Source of the DNA: Candidatus Pelagibacter sp. HTCC7211
GTDB lineage: Bacteria > Pseudomonadota > Alphaproteobacteria > Pelagibacterales > Pelagibacteraceae
NCBI RefSeq assembly: GCF_000155895.1
Contig: NZ_DS995298.1
Span: forward strand, 1 to 32,000
Reading direction: 5' to 3'
DNA length: 32,000 nt
The notes beneath the pieces are model-generated. The model was not told the origin of the DNA, made no database searches, and worked only from the letters and a program-made list of their open reading frames with translations. Position 1 is the stretch's first letter; every line of letters begins with the position of its first letter. Shown piece by piece: positions 25,546-32,000 of the stretch. The translations under genes and the position numbers were made by a program.

Positions 25546-26473
25546 ATTTTTTTAGAAAATTTAAAGTAGTTTTAATAATTTTTTTATCGCTTAATCCATG
25601 ACTATCTAAAAGATCATCTTGAGAACCATAATTATTAATAAATTTATCTTTAAGTGAAAAATTTTGAATATTTCCAGAGTATTTATTCTCGTAGGCTAAT
25701 CCTTTAACAATTTCTGAAAGACCTCCAACAATTGAATGATCTTCAATATTTACAATATATTTATATTCTTTAAAAATTTTTTTTAATCTTTTTTCATCAA
25801 ATGGTTTTAATGTGCTGCAGCTATAAATTGAGCTCTTAATTCCATATTTTTTTAAAGCATCTACCGCGGTAAATGATTTTCTAATAATATTTCCATAGGT
25901 CAGAAAACAAATATCTTTACCTTCAATTATTCTTCTGATTTTACCAAACTGCCATTTTTCTTTGGAAATTTGTGTATAATTTTTTTCTCCAGATTTTCCA
26001 ATTCTAAGATATGTGGGTGAATTTGACTTGTTGCAGCAATAATCAACTGCTTGTTTTAATTCGAGAGGGTCAGATGGAGCAATGATAGTCATATTTGGTA
26101 TAGACCTTGCTACAGATATATCCTCCATAGTTATATGTGTACCTCCAAGTGTAGCATAAGTTGTCCCTGAACCCATTCCAACTATTGTAACTGGTAAATT
26201 TTGATAACATAAGTCATTCCTAACCATTTCAAATGGTCTATAAAGAGTGAAGTTTGCTATTGTGTATGCAAAAGATCTTTTGCCTTCTAGAGCTAGACCT
26301 GCGCACATACCTATCATGGTCATTTCTGAAACACCTACATTGATGAATCTTCGTGGATATTTTTTTTGAAAATTTAACATATTTCCAGCTATTGATATAT
26401 CAGCTACCACAACGTAAATATTTTTATTTTTTATTGCATTTTGATATAATGTTTCTGCAAATATATTTCTCAT
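25538..26473 (-). CDS. Transketolase, C-terminal (pyrimidine-binding + C-terminal domain) subunit
   Basis: 'FINVGVSEMTMIGMCAGLALEG' and 'MGSGTTYATLGGTHITMEDISVARSIPNMTIIAPSDP' are typical of the B subunit of split transketolases. It overlaps the N-terminal subunit gene with ATGA. Confidence 0.8.
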   Translation of the reverse strand: MRNIFAETLYQNAIKNKNIYVVVADISIAGNMLNFQKKYPRRFINVGVSEMTMIGMCAGLALEGKRSFAYTIANFTLYRPFEMVRNDLCYQNLPVTIVGMGSGTTYATLGGTHITMEDISVARSIPNMTIIAPSDPLELKQAVDYCCNKSNSPTYLRIGKSGEKNYTQISKEKWQFGKIRRIIEGKDICFLTYGNIIRKSFTAVDALKKYGIKSSIYSCSTLKPFDEKRLKKIFKEYKYIVNIEDHSIVGGLSEIVKGLAYENKYSGNIQNFSLKDKFINNYGSQDDLLDSHGLSDKKIIKTTLNFLKKYE

Positions 26474-27243
26474 AAATTATTTATTTCTTTTATCGCTTGT
26501 TTATATTCGTTTTTATTAGGTGATCTGTAATGCCATAATGCAACGTTCTTCATAAAACTGACTGGATAGCCTTTTATAGTTTTAGCAATTAATGCAAAAG
26601 GTTTTTTTCCTTTACGTGATTTAATTTTTTTGAAAATTTCCTCTGTAGAATGCCCGTTGCAGTTAGAGGACTCCCATCCAAACTCTTTAAATTTTTTTGA
26701 TATAGGATATAAATTTGGGTGAGTTTCTGATGACCTTGTTGAGCTTTGAAGATCATTATTATCTATAATTAAAACAATATTTGTTAAATTTAGTGCACCT
26801 ATAATAAGTGCAGACTCCCACACAGATCCTTCATGTAATTCTCCATCACTTAATAACACGAAATAAGTGCTATCTTTTTTTGCTAAAGCCATACCAGAAA
26901 CCATTCCTAAACCATGACCTAATGATCCTGTTGATGCATTAATTCCTTTTTTACCAAAATCAGGATGAACACCCAAATAACCACCCCTCTGGCAATATGA
27001 ATTTAATTCTTTTTTAGATATAATTTTCAAATAATATAGTAATACATATTGAATAATTCCCGCATGACCTTTTGAAAGAATAAATTTATCTCTTTTTTTT
27101 AAACAAATATTATAAATACAATCAACAATTTCTACTGATGAAAATGATCCACCTATGTGTAAAGCTTGAACTTTTTGGGATAAATTAAGAATTTCGCGTC
27201 TATGAATTTTACATCGTAATTTAGCATCAAAAAATTTTTTCAT
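26470..27243 (-). CDS. Transketolase, N-terminal (ThDP-binding) subunit
   Basis: 'LSKGHAG', 'TGSLGHGLGMVSGMALA' and 'LLSDGELHEGSVWES...IIDNN' form the ThDP/Mg-binding G-D-G...N-type motif region of split transketolases. Confidence 0.8.
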   Translation of the reverse strand: MKKFFDAKLRCKIHRREILNLSQKVQALHIGGSFSSVEIVDCIYNICLKKRDKFILSKGHAGIIQYVLLYYLKIISKKELNSYCQRGGYLGVHPDFGKKGINASTGSLGHGLGMVSGMALAKKDSTYFVLLSDGELHEGSVWESALIIGALNLTNIVLIIDNNDLQSSTRSSETHPNLYPISKKFKEFGWESSNCNGHSTEEIFKKIKSRKGKKPFALIAKTIKGYPVSFMKNVALWHYRSPNKNEYKQAIKEINNL

Positions 27244-27248
27244 TTTTG

Positions 27249-28238
27249 TTATTTAAGTTGATATGACTGCATTCTTTTAATATTGAAATACATTTCATTT
27301 TCGAGAGAGTTAACTAATAACTTTTCATCAAAAGCTTTTTTAAGATCTATAACAGCATCTTGAACTGTGAATTGAGTTTTAAAATTAAGTATTTCAGTTA
27401 TCTTTTTTGAGGAAATATGATAAGATCTATTATCATTTGTAGGAGTAGTTTCCAATACCACATCCTCACCAATAATTTTTTTTGTTACATTTGCTAAATC
27501 GATAACTTTTTGATTTTCAAACCCAACATTAAATATTTGATTTGATATCAAATTTTTTTTTGCATTAAGCACCAAGTAATAAGACTCAATCATATCCTTG
27601 ATATGTAAATTAGGTCTTAATTGTTCACCTCCGAAAACTGTAATTTTACGTTTATGATAGGCTAAGTTTGTTAAAATATTTACAACAACATCCAACCTTT
27701 GTCTTGTTGAATAACCACATACAGTTGCAGGACGAATTGTAACAGTTGTAAAATCTTCAGTGTTATATCTTGATAGAATAGACTCACACTCAGCTTTGAA
27801 TTTTGAATAATCAGTCAAAGGTTCGAGAGCCATATCCTCATGAACGTTTATTTCATTTTTAATTCCATATACAGATGATGAAGAAGCGTAAATAAATCTT
27901 TTAACATTTAATTCTCTAGCTATTTTCACCATTGGCTCAAATGCATCCAAATTTATTGATTTTCCAAGATTTGGGTTTAATTCAAAGCTTGGATCATTGG
28001 ATATACATGCTAAATGAATTACAGCGTCATGACCTTTCATTGATTTTTTAACATTCTCAATATCTCTAATATCGCCTGTAACTTTTTTTATTTTTGAATT
28101 ATCGGCAATGACATCCTCACCATATATCATTAGATCATAAATGGTTAGTTCATATCCCTTGGAAATCAAGAATGGAGCCAACATAGCACCAACATAACCA
28201 GCTCCACCAGTTATAAAAATTTTTTTTATTTCAGTCAT
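27249..28238 (-). CDS. Extended-SDR NAD-dependent NDP-sugar epimerase/dehydratase (first gene of the operon)
   Basis: 'IFITGGAGYVGAMLA', 'ASSSSVYG' and 'YSKFKAECE'. It is a paralog of the SDR portion of the CBS-SDR fusion at 3766-5148. Confidence 0.75.
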   Translation of the reverse strand: MTEIKKIFITGGAGYVGAMLAPFLISKGYELTIYDLMIYGEDVIADNSKIKKVTGDIRDIENVKKSMKGHDAVIHLACISNDPSFELNPNLGKSINLDAFEPMVKIARELNVKRFIYASSSSVYGIKNEINVHEDMALEPLTDYSKFKAECESILSRYNTEDFTTVTIRPATVCGYSTRQRLDVVVNILTNLAYHKRKITVFGGEQLRPNLHIKDMIESYYLVLNAKKNLISNQIFNVGFENQKVIDLANVTKKIIGEDVVLETTPTNDNRSYHISSKKITEILNFKTQFTVQDAVIDLKKAFDEKLLVNSLENEMYFNIKRMQSYQLK

Positions 28239-28417
28239 ACTTTCTATTTATCTCTAAAATAAAACAAAACAAGTAAAAGCTAAATAATTATACTTTTTAA
28301 CACTCATGTATGGTAAATTGGTAATTTATCATAATTTACAATATAATATGGAAAGTTATTAAAAAGTATGTGGAACAATAAAAAGATTTTATAAATACTA
28401 AAATCTTCTCATATCAA
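28239..28417. promoter_or_regulatory. Divergent intergenic region (179 nt) between the transketolase operon (-) and the sxtJ-like operon (+)
   Basis: This is the largest spacer between divergent genes in the window. It contains TTGGTA (28318-28323), an 18-nt spacer and TATAAT (28342-28347) on the + strand, about 70 nt upstream of ATG 28418. That match is weak given the AT background. Confidence 0.35.
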
Positions 28418-28807
28418 ATGAAACATAGCGATATTAAAATTTCATCTAATAAAAGTTTTGGAATAGTTTTTTGTGTCTTGTTTTTAATTATTTCATTATT
28501 TCCTCTACTAAATGGTGAGGGTATTAGAATTTGGTCTTTAATCATTTCTGTAGTTTTTTTAATTTTAGGTTTATTAAATTCAAAATTTTTAACACCTTTA
28601 AATAAACTTTGGTCTAATTTTGGAATTTTTCTAGGAAATTTTATTTCTCCAATTATTATGGCAATAGTTTTTTTTTCAATTGTTACACCCACCTCTATTG
28701 TAATGAAAATTTTAGGTAAAAACCTACTTAATTTAAAAAAAAAAAAGAAAAATTCATACTGGATTGAAAGATCTAAAATTAAAAGTAAAATGAAAGATCA
28801 ATTTTAA
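28418..28807 (+). CDS. SxtJ-like small membrane protein
   Basis: A 129-aa protein with several hydrophobic segments. 'SNKSFGIVF', 'LTPLNKLWSNFGIFLGNFISPIIMAIVFF' and the C-terminal '...SYW...MKDQF' match my memory of the SxtJ family found next to carbamoyltransferases. Confidence 0.6.
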   Translation: MKHSDIKISSNKSFGIVFCVLFLIISLFPLLNGEGIRIWSLIISVVFLILGLLNSKFLTPLNKLWSNFGIFLGNFISPIIMAIVFFSIVTPTSIVMKILGKNLLNLKKKKKNSYWIERSKIKSKMKDQF

Positions 28808-28809
28808 TT

Positions 28810-28959
28810 ATGGATTTTATAAAAGAATTTTGGCAATTTATAAAAGTACGAAAAAAATATTGGTTATTACCAATTTTAATTGTTTTAGTTATATTTGGAG
28901 GTTTAATCGTTTTAAGTCAAGGTTCAGCTATAGCGCCTTTTATTTATACAATTTTTTAG
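28810..28959 (+). CDS. SxtK-like / DUF5989-type 49-aa single-pass membrane protein (absent from the ORF track)
   Basis: My own translation from ATG 28810 gives MDFIKEFWQFIKVRKKYWLLPILIVLVIFGGLIVLSQGSAIAPFIYTIF, ending at TAG 28957-28959. It starts 2 nt after the SxtJ-like stop, and its stop overlaps the GTG of the carbamoyltransferase by 1 nt. The sequence pattern is typical of the small protein conserved beside carbamoyltransferases. Confidence 0.65.
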   Translation: MDFIKEFWQFIKVRKKYWLLPILIVLVIFGGLIVLSQGSAIAPFIYTIF

Positions 28960-30797
28960 TGAAATCTATTCTTGGTATATCAGCATTTTATCATGACAGC
29001 GCTGCGTCTATTCTTATAGATGGAAAAATAATAGCTGCTGCACAAGAAGAGAGATTTACAAGGAAAAAACATGACTCGAGTTACCCATATCATGCAATTG
29101 AATTTGTTTTAAGTTTTGCTAAAATTAAACTTAGTGAAGTTGATCAAATTATTTTCTTTGAAAAACCTTTTTTAAAATTTGAAAGATTATTGGAAACATA
29201 CGTTGCTTTTGCACCAAAAGGTTTTAAATCTTTTTCTACTGCAATGCCAATATGGCTGAAAGATAAATTATTTCAAAAAAAATTACTTTTTACTAAATTA
29301 AAAAAACATGACGATAAATTTAATGATAATAAAAAAATTTATTTTTCAGAACATCATTTAAGTCATGCTGCAAGCGCCTTTTTTCCGTCTCCATTCGAAG
29401 AGGCGATAGTTTTAACTGCTGATGGTGTTGGTGAGTGGGCAACAACTACAGTTGCTATCGGTAAGGGAAATAGTCTTGAAATTAAAAAAGAAATACATTT
29501 CCCTCATTCATTAGGATTACTTTATTCAGCCTTTACTTATTATACTGGATTTAAAGTTAATAGTGGAGAATATAAACTCATGGGTCTGGCTCCTTATGGA
29601 GATCCTATTTATGAGCAAGTAATAAAGAGAAATATAATTGACATAAAGGAGGATGGGTCCTTTCATCTTGATCAGTCATATTTTAATTATGCTACTGGTT
29701 TAACAATGACGAATGAAAAGTTTAATAATTTATTTGGACGAAAAGCTAGGAACCCTAGGTATGAAGAACTTACACAATTTCATATGGATATAGCATCTTC
29801 AATTCAAAAAATAACAGAGGACATAATGATTAAACTCTGCAAATCCTTAAAAAATGAATTTAATATTTCGAACTTATGTTTAGCTGGTGGTGTTGCACTA
29901 AATTGTGTTGCTAATGGAAAAATTTTGAAAGAAAAAATTTTTGACAAAATTTGGGTTCAACCAGCTGCGGGGGATGCTGGGGGTTCATTAGGTGCAGCTT
30001 TAGCTTTATGGTATATTGAACAAAATAATCCTAGAAAAATTAATATTAAAGATGATATGCAAGGTTCTTATCTTGGACCCGAATACTCACAAAATGAAAT
30101 TGAAGAGCAACTTACTAAAATTGGAGCAAAATATGAAATTATTTCAGATCAAGAATTAATAGATAAAACTGCTAATGATTTATCTCAAGATAATGCAATT
30201 GGTTGGTTTCAAGGAAGAATGGAATTTGGACCACGTGCACTAGGTGCAAGATCTATTTTAGCTAATCCTAAATCAGATCATATGCAAAAAAATTTAAATT
30301 TGAAAGTTAAATATAGAGAGAGCTTTAGACCATTTGCACCATCAGTGTTAAAAGAGGATGTATCTGAATGGTTTAATATTGATGTTGATAGTCCTTACAT
30401 GCTTATGGTTTCAAATATTAATAAAGATAAGACAATTGAAATGACTAATGATCAAAAAAAGTTATTTGGCATAGACAAATTAAATGTAAAAAGATCTGTA
30501 ATACCTGCAGTTACGCATGTTGATTATTCTGCGAGAATACAAACTGTTCACAGAGAAACAAATAGTAAATATTATGATTTAATTAAAAGATTCAAGGATA
30601 AAACAAATTGTCCTATTCTTATAAATACATCTTTTAACGTTAGAGGAGAACCCATTGTAAATACTGTCTTTGATGCTTTTAATTGTTTTATGGGTACGAA
30701 TTTGGATAAATTAGTTATAGGCAATTGTTATCTAGATAAAAAAAATCAAAATAAAAGTTTGAAAAAAGAGTACAAAAATAAATTTGAATTAGATTAA
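28959..30797 (+). CDS. NodU/CmcH-family O-carbamoyltransferase
   Basis: From GTG 28959 the protein begins 'VKSILGISAFYHDSAASILIDGKIIAAAQEERFTRKKHD', the canonical N-terminus of this family. 'EHHLSHAASAF' is the metal-binding His cluster. The ORF-track start (TTG 28830) adds 43 non-homologous residues in a frame that overlaps the 49-aa gene. Confidence 0.85.
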   Translation: MKSILGISAFYHDSAASILIDGKIIAAAQEERFTRKKHDSSYPYHAIEFVLSFAKIKLSEVDQIIFFEKPFLKFERLLETYVAFAPKGFKSFSTAMPIWLKDKLFQKKLLFTKLKKHDDKFNDNKKIYFSEHHLSHAASAFFPSPFEEAIVLTADGVGEWATTTVAIGKGNSLEIKKEIHFPHSLGLLYSAFTYYTGFKVNSGEYKLMGLAPYGDPIYEQVIKRNIIDIKEDGSFHLDQSYFNYATGLTMTNEKFNNLFGRKARNPRYEELTQFHMDIASSIQKITEDIMIKLCKSLKNEFNISNLCLAGGVALNCVANGKILKEKIFDKIWVQPAAGDAGGSLGAALALWYIEQNNPRKINIKDDMQGSYLGPEYSQNEIEEQLTKIGAKYEIISDQELIDKTANDLSQDNAIGWFQGRMEFGPRALGARSILANPKSDHMQKNLNLKVKYRESFRPFAPSVLKEDVSEWFNIDVDSPYMLMVSNINKDKTIEMTNDQKKLFGIDKLNVKRSVIPAVTHVDYSARIQTVHRETNSKYYDLIKRFKDKTNCPILINTSFNVRGEPIVNTVFDAFNCFMGTNLDKLVIGNCYLDKKNQNKSLKKEYKNKFELD

Positions 30798-30819
30798 AAT
30801 TTTTTATTTATTCCATACA

Positions 30820-31803
30820 CTAATTATTTCCTAAATATTTAAACCAATCTTTAGTTGCAACTTTAATTTTCTTAGGAGTCCACACTGGTGCACTATTCCA
30901 ATAATTTATTTCATTTAAAAGATTTTTAATTCCTTGTTTGATGCTAATTTTTGGTTTCCAATTAAGTTCTTTTTTAATTTTAGTTATATTAGCACTTGTC
31001 AAATCTGGCTCTCCAGGTCTCTTTGGGATATTTATACTTTTACACCCCAGTAACTTTACAATTTCATTAACTGCTACAGGTTTTCCTGTTCCCAAGTTAA
31101 AGGTCTGAAAATTTTTTTTGATTTTTATTGCTTTATAAAATGCTTGGATTACGTCACTAATATATGTGAAGTCTCTTTTTTGTTTTCCGTCTCCAACTAC
31201 TGTAAGAGGTTTATTTTTTAATTTTTGCGCTAGAAAAACACCAAACATTGCTCCATAAGTTCCTGAGGTTCTTGATCTTGTGCCATAAACGTTAAACAAT
31301 CTTAAGGAAGTAACATTAACACCATATATTTTTGCATAATGTATTAAAATTTGTTCACCTAAATTTTTAGTTAAGGCATATGGATATTGAGGTTCAATAC
31401 TTGCAGTTTCTAATGTTGGATAATTTTTTGGAATACCATAACAAGATGATGATGCTGAATAAATAACTTTTTTTACTTTATATTTAATACTTGCTGAAGC
31501 TATATTTTCAGTTCCAACTACGTTAGATTCAAAATATTTTTTTGGATTTTGAATACTAGGAACAATATCTGCTAGAGCAGCCAGATGGTATACTACTTGT
31601 GTATTTTCAAAATTTTCAATCCATTTACCTATTTTGGAAATGTCTGCTTTTACAAATTTTATACTATTTTTAAATGTTTTTATGTTACTTAGTCTGCCAG
31701 TACTTAAATTATCAATAATTACAATTTTATGACCTTTTTTAACTAAAAACTCTGCTAAGTGAGAGCCTATAAAACCTGCACCTCCAGTTATAATTATTTT
31801 CAT
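30820..31803 (-). CDS. Extended-SDR NAD-dependent epimerase/dehydratase (GalE/WbpP-like)
   Basis: 'KIIITGGAGFIGSHLAEFL', 'IDNLSTGR', 'SASSSCYG' and 'YALTKNLGE'. The ORF track starts at GTG 31809. ATG 31803 ('MKIIITGG') is preferred. Confidence 0.75.
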   Translation of the reverse strand: MKIIITGGAGFIGSHLAEFLVKKGHKIVIIDNLSTGRLSNIKTFKNSIKFVKADISKIGKWIENFENTQVVYHLAALADIVPSIQNPKKYFESNVVGTENIASASIKYKVKKVIYSASSSCYGIPKNYPTLETASIEPQYPYALTKNLGEQILIHYAKIYGVNVTSLRLFNVYGTRSRTSGTYGAMFGVFLAQKLKNKPLTVVGDGKQKRDFTYISDVIQAFYKAIKIKKNFQTFNLGTGKPVAVNEIVKLLGCKSINIPKRPGEPDLTSANITKIKKELNWKPKISIKQGIKNLLNEINYWNSAPVWTPKKIKVATKDWFKYLGNN

Positions 31804-32000
31804 ATACACTCTTCTTTAATATAGAATTAATAATAAATACAATCTTAATTTAATAAAAATATTATTTTACATTTTATTTATATCGACTCTCTATTTATTT
31901 CTATAAAATTTGTAAATTTATTTGTTATTTTAAACCTAATATGTAAAGTAATTTTATATGAATAACTCTGATAAATATTCAAAAGTTTTTGAAAAAAGTT

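Noticed and set aside
28306-28362. An 18-codon ORF (MYGKLVIYHNLQYNMESY) in the 179-nt divergent spacer, considered as a possible leader peptide
   Set aside because: It is too short and unremarkable, nothing can be said about conservation, and it is probably a chance ORF.
28830-28958. The N-terminal 43 residues of the 655-aa carbamoyltransferase ORF in the track (TTG start)
   Set aside because: These residues have no resemblance to the family N-terminus. They overlap a better-supported 49-aa membrane-protein ORF in another frame. A GTG at 28959 gives the canonical 'KSILGISAFYHD' start.
31957-32000. A possible + strand gene start (ATG 31957, 'MNNSDKYSKVFEKS...') running off the window
   Set aside because: Only 14 codons are visible, and there is no motif or RBS evidence. 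I cannot support it as a feature.
1-32000. A by-eye search for tRNA/rRNA genes, CRISPR repeats, IS elements, integrases, and long direct or inverted DNA repeats
   Set aside because: None was seen. All intergenic spacers are 179 nt or shorter and near-pure AT. The paralog pairs are similar only at the protein level, not as DNA repeats. A computational repeat or tRNA scan would be needed for certainty.

Overview
This is an extremely AT-rich window that is almost entirely coding. Hand counts on single 60-nt lines give about 12-25% GC over most of it and about 27-42% in the 6.4-10.3 kb block. I call 35 CDS in 11 alternating strand blocks. By eye I saw no rRNA, tRNA, CRISPR array, transposase or integrase.

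Every product I can recognise makes, tailors or exports nucleotide-sugars. The window therefore looks like a cell-surface glycan (O-antigen, capsule or glycoprotein type) hypervariable island. The host is probably a streamlined low-GC marine bacterium such as SAR11/Pelagibacterales; that taxonomy is inference from composition and gene content only.

Modules, left to right:
- 55-6331: two tandem sulfotransferase-like genes, a PseF-like cytidylyltransferase, a methyltransferase, an RmlC/FdtA-like cupin, a CBS-SDR fusion and a PseC-like aminotransferase.
- 6431-11268: galE-like, gmd and fcl, then a fused ABC exporter whose start is coupled to the fcl stop.
- 11393-19413: a nucleotide-heptose activation set (GmhA, a mini HAD phosphatase, a domain-permuted HldE-like enzyme, an HddC-like nucleotidyltransferase), two SDRs, a GT42/Maf-like protein, a membrane-anchored putative glycosyltransferase, and copy 1 of a 2OG-Fe(II) oxygenase plus small partner cassette.
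- 19481-22771: an SDR and two tandem C-methyltransferase paralogs.
- 22776-28238: a seven-gene translationally coupled operon encoding an SDR, a split transketolase, copy 2 of the oxygenase and small partner, a methyltransferase and a Nudix-cupin fusion.
- 28418-30797: an sxtJ / sxtK-like / carbamoyltransferase triad. The 49-aa middle gene is missing from the ORF track, and the carbamoyltransferase start is over-extended there.
- 30820-31803: a terminal GalE-family SDR.

The best candidate for an undescribed system is the duplicated oxygenase plus small-partner cassette together with the split-transketolase operon. I read it as a pathway to a branched or chain-extended, heavily decorated sugar. 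All family assignments rest on motifs read by eye, and no database search was possible.
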